From contig CBDBOV010000002.1 in NCBI GenBank assembly GCA_965208575.1, positions 512,001 to 576,000 of the forward strand: DNA of 64,000 nucleotides, in the 5' to 3' direction. Below are positions 18,366 through 27,693 of this stretch, piece after piece. The first letter of the stretch is position 1. Each line of letters begins with the position of its first letter. The DNA is from Spirochaetia bacterium (lineage in GTDB: Bacteria; Spirochaetota; Spirochaetia; SZUA-6; Bin103). The notes below the pieces were generated by a model that searched no databases, was not told the origin of the DNA, and saw only the letters and a program-made list of their open reading frames with translations. Both the position numbers and the translations under genes were made by a program.

Positions 18366-20274
18366 GGAGCCAATTGCGCTGTAGCGGTTTTTTGGGCCGT
18401 TGAGCAGCCGGTCACACCAGAGAGCACGCGCCCGGGACGTTGACGGCGTCGCTGACGCTCGCCCGGCGCCGAATGACGGCTCTATCGAGTGTGCTGAGTG
18501 GGGTCCGCGAGGTGGGATCAAGCCTCATCCGTGGCTCAATGCACAGATCGGGACAGACCGGTCTCGCTGAGGAGCCGGTGGGATTGGGTTTCTTGGTGAC
18601 CGGCGAGTGGCCGTCGGTCAGGCGGGTTTGACCAGACTCCGCAGGTTCTCTGGTTGGCCGGCGCGGATGCGCCCCACGGCCATCGCCAGCATGATCGTCA
18701 GCGCCATGGTGACGCGCAGCTGCATCTTCGCCAGCCCGCGGATGCCCGGTCGCTCGAACCCGAAGCCGCCGGCCAACCGGCTGTTGACCCGCTCCACGGC
18801 ACCGCGCTGGTCGTAGAAGTCCTGCCACCGGTAGCTGGACCGCGCCACCGGCGTGAACACGCGCCGATCCTCGGCCAGCGGGATGCGCACCGCGTCGCTC
18901 ACCGGGCACCGATCCATGCCCTTGCAGGTGACCCCCGAGTAGCGCGCCGGACAGCGATACTTGAGCGACTCGCGAGCCTGCTCGAAGCCGCCGTAGGCCA
19001 TGCGGTGCAGTTCACCGGTCCGCGGGCACATGCAGGATACCTGGCCGTCGTGGGTATAGATCACGTTCTCCTGACCGCTCACCCGCTTGGTGAGGACGCC
19101 ATCCTGCTCCGCCTCTCCGTCCTTCCAGCAGTTTCGAATGTCGATGACCGGCTTGATCTGATGCTGTTGCCACAGCCGATTGATCAGCTTTTGGTCGTCG
19201 TAGCCCTTGTCGGCGCTCAGGCGATCGCACCGTTGCAGCAGCTCGGGATGACGATCCTGCATCTGATCAAGCAGTCGCTGTGCCTGCGGCTGCTCACCGG
19301 TCGACGCCTTGGTGACCTCGAACGCCAGCGGCACCTCGTAGGTGGCGTCCACGACCAAGTGCAACAGGTAGCCGAACCAGTAGTGTTTCTTCTTGCCTTT
19401 CTTCTCGCCCTTCTCGCCCTTCTTCTCGCCGGAACCCTTGACGCCCCAATCGGCATCGCGGTCGCGGCGCCCGTCGGTGTCTTCCTTGTTATCCTTCGGC
19501 ACCGGATAGCTGCTCGGACCGTTGGCCAGGGAGTGCAGCTCCTTGCCGTCCAGCGCCTGTACCTGGCCCAGGTCCGGCAGCTCAATCCGGAGTTCGTCGA
19601 GGGTGCTGTGGAACAGCTCATCGATCTGCCCCTGATGCTTGCGCAGCCGGCGCTGGAAGCGGGTATAGGCGTATTCGCTGGGCACCGCCCGTGCGCCGTC
19701 GAACGGGTCGAACCCGCACAGGTCTCGCAACTGCGCGTTGCGCAGCAACTCGCGCCGCAAGGCGGCGATGCTGGGATGCTGGAACACGAAGCCGGCGATC
19801 AGCGAGTTCCACATCGGGCGCACCGGATAATCGTTGCGACCGCGACCGCGACCGGCTTCCAGCAGTTGCATCAGCGGCTCGTCGGGGAGCGCGTCGAGCA
19901 CCAGCGTCAGGCGTTCGAGATCACCCAACTGGTCGACGCTGTCCCAGCGGAACAGAAACGGATGTGGTATAGTGGCCATCGGCGGTTCTCCTGTTGTGAA
20001 TTACTGTTCACTTGCCACTATGGCGAGTTACAGGAGAACCGTCAATTATTTTGTAGACAAACAGTTGCGATGTATCATCGGGGCCTTGACCGGCGCTCCC
20101 GACGCGCGTACAGGGGATCAGCAGGTCGTGGGGTAAGAAATACCTCCCCCTGGTTTCTGATCGCCTGCATCGGGCTTGCAGCAAGCGCAATTGCCTCGGT
20201 CACGGGGTAAAGAAAAAATCGCCCACTTCTATCTCGCTGCCCGCTTGGAACTTACCGACAGCGCAATTGGCTCC
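18366..20274. mobile_element. Insertion sequence (about 1.9 kb) with terminal inverted repeats and target duplication
   Basis: (GG)AGCCAATTGCGCTGT at 18366-18382 is the inverse complement of ACAGCGCAATTGGCT(CC) at 20258-20274. CCAGTGG occurs at both junctions (18361-18367, 20273-20279). Contains one transposase. Confidence 0.88.
18618..19979 (-). CDS. DDE transposase (DUF772 + DDE_Tnp_1 type; IS5/IS1182-like)
   Basis: 'GRNDYPV..M', 'ALDG', 'DADWG.K', 'WFGY.LHLVVD', 'ADKGYD', 'R.AVERVNSRL' motifs; lies inside the IRs. Confidence 0.9.
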   Translation of the reverse strand: MATIPHPFLFRWDSVDQLGDLERLTLVLDALPDEPLMQLLEAGRGRGRNDYPVRPMWNSLIAGFVFQHPSIAALRRELLRNAQLRDLCGFDPFDGARAVPSEYAYTRFQRRLRKHQGQIDELFHSTLDELRIELPDLGQVQALDGKELHSLANGPSSYPVPKDNKEDTDGRRDRDADWGVKGSGEKKGEKGEKKGKKKHYWFGYLLHLVVDATYEVPLAFEVTKASTGEQPQAQRLLDQMQDRHPELLQRCDRLSADKGYDDQKLINRLWQQHQIKPVIDIRNCWKDGEAEQDGVLTKRVSGQENVIYTHDGQVSCMCPRTGELHRMAYGGFEQARESLKYRCPARYSGVTCKGMDRCPVSDAVRIPLAEDRRVFTPVARSSYRWQDFYDQRGAVERVNSRLAGGFGFERPGIRGLAKMQLRVTMALTIMLAMAVGRIRAGQPENLRSLVKPA

Positions 20275-20318
20275 AGTGGGGCTCAAGCCGCTGCGATAAC
20301 CGTTGAGCTCGGTACCGG

Positions 20319-21056
20319 CTAGCGAAGCCGGAAGTCGTTGCGGCCGGAGAGGTCGGTGCCGCGCACCAGGAACACGGTGCGCTGTGCGTCGACGGCGTTG
20401 TTGCGGAGGTCGTGGTGGTACACCGAGGAGGTCGGCATGAAGCGCAGGGTCATGCCGCGGCGCGGGCGGCCGGAGGTGTTGGGTTCGGAGCCGTGCATCA
20501 GGTAGACGTCGTGCAGGGAGACCTGGCCCGGTTCGAGTTCGACGTCGACCGCCTTCGATTTGTCGACGTGCTCGGCGTCCAGCTCCAGGGGGAGGGCGTT
20601 GCCTTCGGCGTCGTTGTGGTGGTGGCTGGCGAGGGTCCGGCCGCGGTGCGTGCCCGGCAGGAAGCGCAGGCAGCCGTTCTCGCGCGTCGAGGCGTCCAGC
20701 GCGATCCAGACGGTGCAGGTGGCCAGCGGGCGGATGGGCCAGTATTCGCCGTCCTGGTGCCACGGCGTGCGCGTGCCCACCCTGGCGGGCTTGGCGAACA
20801 GGCTGGAGTTCCACAGCGCGATGTCGGGCCCGATGAGCTGCGCCACCATGTCCAGGATGCCGGGGTCGCGGGCGTAGTTCAGGAAGCACAGGTCATGCAC
20901 CAACAGGGAGCTGCAGTAGTCCGCGAACTCCGGGTGCCGGGCAATCAGCCGGCCGTGGTCGGCCCTGATCGCCTCGATCGTTTCGAGCGGGAGACGGAAG
21001 TCGGGGACGACGTAACCGTCTCGCGCGTAGCGTTCGATTTCAACCGGCGACAACAT
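20319..21056 (-). CDS. Phytanoyl-CoA dioxygenase (PhyH) family Fe(II)/2OG dioxygenase
   Basis: 'PWHQD..YW', 'TVWIALD.ST.ENGCL..LPGTH', 'HGS..N.S..PRR'. Confidence 0.92.
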   Translation of the reverse strand: MLSPVEIERYARDGYVVPDFRLPLETIEAIRADHGRLIARHPEFADYCSSLLVHDLCFLNYARDPGILDMVAQLIGPDIALWNSSLFAKPARVGTRTPWHQDGEYWPIRPLATCTVWIALDASTRENGCLRFLPGTHRGRTLASHHHNDAEGNALPLELDAEHVDKSKAVDVELEPGQVSLHDVYLMHGSEPNTSGRPRRGMTLRFMPTSSVYHHDLRNNAVDAQRTVFLVRGTDLSGRNDFRLR

Positions 21057-21161
21057 GCACCCAAATGCTCAACGTAAATCGGGCCCGCGTCAAGGGTCAT
21101 GGCAGCCCGCCCGCGAACAACCCAAACCTGTGGCGCAGGCGCGTGGCCCCAGGCGGCTGTA

Positions 21162-22091
21162 TTAAACCGACCCGGCGGCTCCGGCACCGAGACTGCCACC
21201 ACCCCGCAGCCTCGGGTCGAGCAGGTCCCTCATGGCGTCGCCGAACATGTTCAGACTGTACACGGTAATCGTCAGGCAAAAACCAGGCCAGAGAGCCAGC
21301 CGTGGCGCCATCTCCATGTACAGACGCCCCTCCCTGCTGAGCATACCCCCCCAGCTCGGAACCTGGCTCGGCAGACCGAATCCCAGGAAGCTCAAGGAAG
21401 CCTCGGACATGATCACCGCACCGATGTTGATGCTGAATATGATGATTACGGGAGGCGCAATATTCGGCAGGACATGGCGAATGAGTATTCTCCATCTGGT
21501 ATTGCCAATCGCCTCCGCCATCTGAAAATAGGCGTTCTCTTTCACACCAATAACGGCGCTTCTCATTATTCTCGAGCCGCCGATTCCTCCAGATATCCCC
21601 AGCACCAGTATTATCTGCAACAGCCCGCGGCCCGCTATCGACATTATGGTCAATAACAACAGAAGTCCTGGGAAGGCCATCCAGGCATCGACGACTCTCT
21701 GCGCGACCAGGTCGACTTTGCCGCCGAGGTACCCCGATGTGCCGCCTATCATGACGGCCACCACAACATTGAGCGCGGTCGCCGCCAGACCGACAGCCAA
21801 CGAAAGACGAGCCCCGTGAATAAGTCGGCTCAACAAGTCTCGCCCCAACTGGTCGGTACCCAGCAGATACTGGGCTGATGTGCCCTGCAACCTGTCTAAC
21901 TGATGCACCTCCCAATATGGATAAGGGGCCAGAACATCGGCAAAGATAGCGACCACGATCAATATCAGTACGATGAGCCCGCTGACGATGCCCAGCGGCT
22001 TCTCCCGCCACAGCCTGACAAAGAAATCAGCCGGTCCGGCATGTCTCTCTGGTTGGCTTACTGCCGATGGCATCCCTTTGCCGTCACTCAT
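21162..22091 (-). CDS. ABC transporter permease (DppC type)
   Basis: 'LLGTDQLGRDLLSRLIHGARLSL', 'RHVLPN', 'EASLSFLGFG', 'GDAMRDLLDPR'. Confidence 0.92.
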   Translation of the reverse strand: MSDGKGMPSAVSQPERHAGPADFFVRLWREKPLGIVSGLIVLILIVVAIFADVLAPYPYWEVHQLDRLQGTSAQYLLGTDQLGRDLLSRLIHGARLSLAVGLAATALNVVVAVMIGGTSGYLGGKVDLVAQRVVDAWMAFPGLLLLLTIMSIAGRGLLQIILVLGISGGIGGSRIMRSAVIGVKENAYFQMAEAIGNTRWRILIRHVLPNIAPPVIIIFSINIGAVIMSEASLSFLGFGLPSQVPSWGGMLSREGRLYMEMAPRLALWPGFCLTITVYSLNMFGDAMRDLLDPRLRGGGSLGAGAAGSV

Positions 22092-22106
22092 GCTGGTACT
22101 TCCTGT

Positions 22107-23117
22107 TTATTCATAGCGGACCCTCGGGTCCAAATAGGGATAGATCAGGTCTATCATGAGATTGATTGCCACAACCGCGGCGGCGAAAAACAGGTTTACT
22201 CCGGAGACCACTGGGTAGTCTCTCTCAATGAGCGCCACCACCATGAGACTACCCAGACCCGGCAGGTTGAATATGTTCTCCATGATAACCGAGCCACCTA
22301 CCAGGATAGGAAACTGCATACCCACCAGGGTAAGTACCGGCATGAATGCGTTCTTGAGGGCGTGTCTCATGATGACGACCCTCTCCTTCAAGCCCTTGGA
22401 CCAGGCCGTCCTGATATAGTCTTGCCTGAGCACCTCCAGCACCATCGTACGCGTCATCCGCATGGTGGCAGCGGACATGGCCGTCCCCAGAATCAGACTG
22501 GGAATGATGAACACCCCAATATTCCCCAGCGGGTCTTCGGTCAAAGGTATCCACTGCATCGGCGGCGACCAACCCCACCAGATCGCCGGGAAGATCATGA
22601 CCATGATTCCCAACCAGAAGTTCGGCGTCGCCAGGCCGATGATGGCGACCGAGCGCCCCACGTAGTCGGCGGCCGTATCCTGGCGAATCGCCGAGTAGAT
22701 GCCGACTGGCAGCGCTATTATCAACCCGATTACGATTGCCACGACACCGAGTTCGATGGTCACCGGCAATCTACTTCGTATCTCCTCCTCTACCCGCACA
22801 GCGCCGCGTATCAGTGATTCGCCAAGGCTGCCCTGGAGCAGGCCTCTATAGAAGGTTTCACCGGTAATCCAGCCAGGGGTCGGCAGCACTCCCAGCCAGC
22901 GTCCATACTGCACGTGCACAGGCACGTCCAACCCCAGATAACGCTCGAGAGCTTCGCGGTCAATATGGCCAGTTTGCCCGTCAAATTGTTGCATCCTGAT
23001 CACCATCAGGTCTATGACGTCGCCGGGGATGAACCGGACCGAGAGAAAGACCAGGATGCTCAATATGAACAGGGTCGGGATTGTGAGCAGTAACCGCCTG
23101 ATGATGTAGGCTCTCAT
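22107..23117 (-). CDS. ABC transporter permease (DppB type)
   Basis: 'YIIRRLL', 'LRQDYIRTAWSKGL', 'ENIFNLPGLG', 'LDPRVRY'. Confidence 0.92.
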   Translation of the reverse strand: MRAYIIRRLLLTIPTLFILSILVFLSVRFIPGDVIDLMVIRMQQFDGQTGHIDREALERYLGLDVPVHVQYGRWLGVLPTPGWITGETFYRGLLQGSLGESLIRGAVRVEEEIRSRLPVTIELGVVAIVIGLIIALPVGIYSAIRQDTAADYVGRSVAIIGLATPNFWLGIMVMIFPAIWWGWSPPMQWIPLTEDPLGNIGVFIIPSLILGTAMSAATMRMTRTMVLEVLRQDYIRTAWSKGLKERVVIMRHALKNAFMPVLTLVGMQFPILVGGSVIMENIFNLPGLGSLMVVALIERDYPVVSGVNLFFAAAVVAINLMIDLIYPYLDPRVRYE

Positions 23118-23242
23118 GTGATGCAACCGAGGTGACTTATCCCGCGAAGGAGCTGCTGAGAATCCAGCTTATGGTCGCGCACTGCCGACGGTGGTTGATG
23201 GGGACGCTGTTCGCTTCAACCGCGCACCTCGCGGTCCCCATG

Positions 23243-23276
23243 AGGGAGCTGGGGGGATTTCAGCCCCCAGCTCCCT
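23243..23276. terminator. Strong hairpin between SBP and permease genes (terminator or mRNA-stabilising stem)
   Basis: AGGGAGCTGGGGG-gatttcag-CCCCCAGCTCCCT, a 13-bp stem 34 nt past the SBP stop; no clear U-tract on the coding strand. Confidence 0.55.
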
Positions 23277-23309
23277 TCTGCGCTAAGTCAGCCACACGGG
23301 GTGAACCCC

Positions 23310-25121
23310 CTAACGACCCATTTCCTCCTTCAGCGCACTATCAATCCAGAGGCGGGCGAAGACATCATTATTTCGACTTCTCCCGAAACCGCCTTCGCCG
23401 TTGTAGCCTATCAGCCACGGCTGGTGCACGTTGAACGCTGGGCCCATGGCCCCCCAGATCATCCAATGCTGCTCTATGCCGTACATGTCCATCTTCTTGA
23501 TCAAGCTCATCTGCTCCTCCTCAGTGGCAGCAGCCAGCATCTCTTCATACCAGGCGTCATATTGCGCGTCGCTGACCTTGTTCCAGACAAAGCCGCTCGA
23601 AAATGTTTCCATTTGCCTGGCTGGAAAAGCCTTGACGCCCGAGACCCACGAATGAGCTCCAACATTGGGATCTTGCGCACTGGGACCATAGTCAGCCCCA
23701 GGGGTGTGATCAATGTCGACATGAATGCCAATCTCACGCCAGTATGAAACCATTAATTCAGCATAGTTGATGTCAAAATCACCGCGATCCAGCCACACAA
23801 GATTAGTTTCGAATCTCATGCCGTCGGCGCCGCGCGGATAGCCAGCCTCATCAAGGAGCTTCTCGGCCCCCGCCACGTCATAGGTATAGTATCCCTTGAG
23901 CTGTTCGGGCCACTCGTCAAATGGGACGTAGAAGCCGGTGAATTCCAGGCCTACTCGCCCGCGAGGTATCGGATCTCCGAAATCCTTGTACAAGGTCGTG
24001 CTCATTGTCTCGACGTCCAGTGCCATCTGCATTGCGTGGCGCACCCTGATGTCGTCAAAGGGCGGCTTGCTCGCGTTGAGCCAAGCACTATTGTTCGACC
24101 GTTCTGACCACGCGTGGATTACGAGCTCCGGGTTGGTGCGCTCGAGGCTCTCTGCCTGGTCCAGGGAGCTTAATTGATTCGCGCCCTGCCAACCTAGCCA
24201 GTGGATCTTGGCCGTGCGCAGTGCCGCTAGCTCGGTTGCCAATTCGGTCATGACCAGGCCCCTCACCTCGTCAATATAGGGCAAGCGGTTCCCCGGGTAT
24301 TTTTCGTCGTCGCTCCAGTAGTTGGGATTCTTGGTGTAGGTAAAAGAACTGCCCCCGACCCAGTCGGTTCTCATGTAGGGCCCGGTGCCAACCATGTCCC
24401 TCCAGTCCGAAATCTTGCCCTCTGGCACTTCAGCACTCTTTGATGCCTCGATGACTTCGGGGGGCTGTATCGCATAGTACCCGTCCAAGATGGTGCCCAG
24501 GCCAAGCAGGGTGGGCGCCTTCAGCTTCATGACAACCGTCCATTCGTCGGTGGCCTCTATCGATTCCCAGGGCAACGTTCCGAGCAACTGTGCGCAGCAG
24601 GGGGAAGGTTCGGTGAAGCCGCTGCCCAGACCCAAGTGGCGGTGAAAGTTATACTCGATGTCCTTGGCGGTGAGCTCGCGACCGTTCATCGGCGGCTTGT
24701 CATGCCAATGGACACCCTGGCGGATGTGGAAGACATACGTTGTGGAGTCGGGTTGTTCCCAGCTTTCAGCCAGCGCCCCCCTCGCGGCGAATGCGGGCAG
24801 CTGGTAGCCGCCGACGAAAGGATATTTTTTCCTGTCTATTGCCCAGTCAGCGACGCCCAGTTTCTCTATGACGAGACTGTTGTTGCTCAATGCGTGGCCA
24901 TGATACTGGTCATAGGAGCCGAAGCCATCTCCCCGATCGGCGAAGGTCAATGTCCCGCCATACTCTGGCGCGATCACCTGCTTGCCGGTGACGGGGTCGG
25001 TCACGTACTCCTTGTCGGCGGCGGTCGCGCCTTCCTCTGCGCCGGTGGCCCAGAGGCCGGTTGCGATCAGGACCAGGACCAACGCAACCGAGAGGGTCCT
25101 GGTAATCTGTACAATATTCAT
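23310..25121 (-). CDS. ABC transporter substrate-binding protein, family 5
   Basis: Signal peptide, 'PEYGGTL', 'LAESWE.PD..T..FHIRQGVHWHDKPPMNGRELTA.D', 'PPFDDIRVR.AM'. Confidence 0.92.
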   Translation of the reverse strand: MNIVQITRTLSVALVLVLIATGLWATGAEEGATAADKEYVTDPVTGKQVIAPEYGGTLTFADRGDGFGSYDQYHGHALSNNSLVIEKLGVADWAIDRKKYPFVGGYQLPAFAARGALAESWEQPDSTTYVFHIRQGVHWHDKPPMNGRELTAKDIEYNFHRHLGLGSGFTEPSPCCAQLLGTLPWESIEATDEWTVVMKLKAPTLLGLGTILDGYYAIQPPEVIEASKSAEVPEGKISDWRDMVGTGPYMRTDWVGGSSFTYTKNPNYWSDDEKYPGNRLPYIDEVRGLVMTELATELAALRTAKIHWLGWQGANQLSSLDQAESLERTNPELVIHAWSERSNNSAWLNASKPPFDDIRVRHAMQMALDVETMSTTLYKDFGDPIPRGRVGLEFTGFYVPFDEWPEQLKGYYTYDVAGAEKLLDEAGYPRGADGMRFETNLVWLDRGDFDINYAELMVSYWREIGIHVDIDHTPGADYGPSAQDPNVGAHSWVSGVKAFPARQMETFSSGFVWNKVSDAQYDAWYEEMLAAATEEEQMSLIKKMDMYGIEQHWMIWGAMGPAFNVHQPWLIGYNGEGGFGRSRNNDVFARLWIDSALKEEMGR

Positions 25122-25482
25122 ACGTTCCTCCGTATGTGGATTTTCGAGAGTATTGCGTAGCGGCTTGCCGCTCCCTGGCTACTTTCGCGCCCGCAACGCA
25201 GGCGGCCAGACAGAGTCGAATGTGTGACGCGCGCGGCGTGTGACTCACCGGGTCCACCCGGGTTCACGCCGCGCGCGCGTGCGGTTCTTTGAGTATCACC
25301 TTGACCTCTTCTTCCGCTCGTCGGGGTGCCTCGCGGCGACCGTGGTGAGGGAGTCACTATCGTCACAGGCTCGCCCGACCAAGTCAAGCGCGCACTCCGG
25401 CACTTCCGGCACTTCGGCATAGCCGCGTGCGCTCAGGGGCGGTGCCCGCCGGGAGTCGGTGGAGGTGGCGCGAACGGCCCGC

Positions 25483-26319
25483 CTACGGCGGCGAGAGCCG
25501 CTCGCCGGTGGCGACGCTGCGGAACCATTCGTGGACGACGCGGGGCGCGCGCCCGTCGACGTTGGCGGGCCCACGTTCTGCGCGCGCGTCGTCCTGGTCG
25601 ACGATACGGGTGTCGAGGCTCAGGCGCGTGCGTCCGGTGCGGTTGGGCCGGCTGGCATGCAGGTGCGCCCCGGAGAAGCACAGCAGGTCGCCGGGGTCGA
25701 TGAGCACCGGCACTGCCGCCGCGTCGTCGAGCGGGGCGCGGCACTCGGGCAGCAGCGGATAGCGTCCCGGATCCTCGCGCAGCCGTTCCAGGTCCCACTC
25801 GGCGCTGGTGTTGGGCACGGCGCGGTCGAACAGCGCCGGCCAGATCACCATGGTGGCGCCCGCTTCGACCGGGAACACCGGCCCCCACAGGTTGATCTGC
25901 GCCATGACGTTGGAGCCCCAGGTGTCGCGGTGCGCCGGCAGGTCGCGCATGCGCCGGCCGCGGTGAGTGGCGGCGCCGGGCTGCAGGCGCAGGATGAGGC
26001 GGTCGGCGTACGTGGCGGCGGGGTCGAGCGCGAGCGACTCGATGACCGCTCGAAACGAGGCGCGCACGCGCGCGTCGCGCATGAAGGCCCGTCGCAGCGC
26101 CGCCGCACGGGTACGGAACTCGGCGGCATCGAGCGACGCTTGCGCCTCCGGAGGTGCATGCGGAGCAAACGCCCCGGCGGCCATCGCCCGCGCCTGCGCC
26201 GCCAGGGCTACCATCGCGGGCATTTGCCGAAACACCAGGATCCCGCCCCGGTAGATCCGCTCCCGGTCGAGCGGTGCCTGCACAGCGGTGACGAGGGACT
26301 CCCTGCTGATATCAGCCAC
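25483..26319 (-). CDS. Hypothetical protein, probable Fe(II)/2OG dioxygenase (PhyH-like fold)
   Basis: HxD motif 'PAHRDTW', 'INLWGPV', distal His 'GDLLCFSGAHLHAS', 'TRLSLDTR'. Confidence 0.65.
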   Translation of the reverse strand: MADISRESLVTAVQAPLDRERIYRGGILVFRQMPAMVALAAQARAMAAGAFAPHAPPEAQASLDAAEFRTRAAALRRAFMRDARVRASFRAVIESLALDPAATYADRLILRLQPGAATHRGRRMRDLPAHRDTWGSNVMAQINLWGPVFPVEAGATMVIWPALFDRAVPNTSAEWDLERLREDPGRYPLLPECRAPLDDAAAVPVLIDPGDLLCFSGAHLHASRPNRTGRTRLSLDTRIVDQDDARAERGPANVDGRAPRVVHEWFRSVATGERLSPP

Positions 26320-26358
26320 GGAGACGCTCCACGCGCTTTCCGCTGCAAGCGATCCGTC

Positions 26359-26655
26359 TCAGTAGTGGTAGCGGCATTGCGCGATCTCGCACCGGCCGTT
26401 CGTCACACGGTACACGAGGCGGTGTTCCCGCGTGATGCGGCGCGACCAGTAGCAGGCGATCTCGTGCTTGAGGGGTTCCGGGTTGCCGGCGCCGCGCAAC
26501 GGATGGCGCAGACACTCTTCGATCAGCCGAGCGATTCGCCGCGCGACGGTGCGGTCGTTCTGCGCCCAGTATTGGTAGTCTTCCCACGCATGTCTTGAGA
26601 AGGCGACCTCCCCGCGCGCACTTCCCCGGTCAGGGGAGCGCTTCGACTTCGCCAT
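26359..26655 (-). CDS. yoeB: Txe/YoeB family toxin
   Basis: 'AWEDYQYW...RI..LI....R.P..G.G.PEPLKH....WSRRIT.EHRLVY....IAQCRYHY'. Exact start is uncertain. Confidence 0.92.
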   Translation of the reverse strand: MAKSKRSPDRGSARGEVAFSRHAWEDYQYWAQNDRTVARRIARLIEECLRHPLRGAGNPEPLKHEIACYWSRRITREHRLVYRVTNGRCEIAQCRYHY

Positions 26656-26905
26656 CGACGAGGGTGGCTCCGATCAGCCTGCCGGCCTCGATGTCGGCGA
26701 TGCCCTCGCGCAGGCGTTCGGCGTTGTGCGGCGAGCGCAGCAGGTGGAACGTCTCCAACATGGCGTCGTACTCGGACTTGGCCATCATGATCACCGGATC
26801 GCCCTTGGTCCGCGTTATCACCACCGTTACGCGGTCGTCGACGGCCGCGTCCATGAACGACTTCAGGTTCTGGCGCGCCTCGGTGTAGTTCGTGATGCGT
26901 TCCAT
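26630..26905 (-). CDS. yefM: Phd/YefM family antitoxin
   Basis: 'NYTEARQNLKS.MD...D...V.ITR......M....Y.A..ET.HLLRSP.NA.RL'. Confidence 0.92.
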   Translation of the reverse strand: MERITNYTEARQNLKSFMDAAVDDRVTVVITRTKGDPVIMMAKSEYDAMLETFHLLRSPHNAERLREGIADIEAGRLIGATLVDGEVEALP

Positions 26906-26915
26906 GTGCTGGATA

Positions 26916-26942
26916 TTGTACGTACAGGTTTATGTACGTCAA
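26916..26942. promoter_or_regulatory. Probable yefM-yoeB operator
   Basis: TTGTACGTACA-ggttta-TGTACGTCAA, TGTAC-core palindromes just upstream of yefM, as in known yefM operators. Confidence 0.55.
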
Positions 26943-26980
26943 CCTCGCGCACGCGGCGAAGCGTCCACCCGCCGCCGGCC

Positions 26981-27679
26981 CTATGAGCGGCGGGCGGCTT
27001 GGCAGCGGGCGAAGCCGGCGCCGAGGTCGGGAAGGGGGGCGGCCAGTTCCGGCAGGTCGTCGAGCGGCGGCGGGTTGCGGTAGGCGGGCCGTTGCAGCAG
27101 TTCGGCGAGGTTGGCGAGGATCTGCAGCATGATCTCGACCGTCGGCGGGGTCACCACGGCGGCGCCGAGGCCGAACGGCGGCTGCGGATCGCGCACCGCC
27201 TCGTGGACGATCCGTACGCGCCCGCCCGGCGCCGGCGTCAGGGTCATGCGCTCGCGCAGGCACAGGACGCGCGTGCCGCCGAACGCGGTCAGCTTGTCGT
27301 CAGCGCCGGTCACGTCGAGCACGGCGCCGCCGCCGGGAAGCCGCCACCAGGTGGCGTGCGCGACCGTGACCCGGCGCGTGAAGCCGTTGCCGGTCAAGCG
27401 GTGGACGAGTGTGCGGCCCGCGGCGCCGGCGGGATACACGCGCTCCTCGACGCAATCGTTCAGCCACAGTGAGCAGGCGGCCGGGTCGCGCAGCACGGCG
27501 GCCACGGCGGCCGGGCTGCCGGCAGGCGTCGCGCGGGCGCGCACTAGCGGGTAGTCGGCACCGGGGATGTCGCGCGACTGTGCCGTCGCGACCGCGTTGC
27601 GGCCTTCGTCGCGCCACTCGGCAGACGCCCCCATGGCGGCGGTCAGGAAGGCGCCGGCGAACAGCGCCGGCAGGACCAT
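26981..27679 (-). CDS. Secreted START/SRPBCC-like lipid-binding domain protein
   Basis: Signal peptide followed by 'W......V......PG..YP..RA.......P..V..VL.D......W...C' and 'W/M.L.P...G.V.I......DP', resembling bacterial START domains. Confidence 0.5.
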   Translation of the reverse strand: MVLPALFAGAFLTAAMGASAEWRDEGRNAVATAQSRDIPGADYPLVRARATPAGSPAAVAAVLRDPAACSLWLNDCVEERVYPAGAAGRTLVHRLTGNGFTRRVTVAHATWWRLPGGGAVLDVTGADDKLTAFGGTRVLCLRERMTLTPAPGGRVRIVHEAVRDPQPPFGLGAAVVTPPTVEIMLQILANLAELLQRPAYRNPPPLDDLPELAAPLPDLGAGFARCQAARRS

Positions 27680-27693
27680 GCGCCACGCACGTT

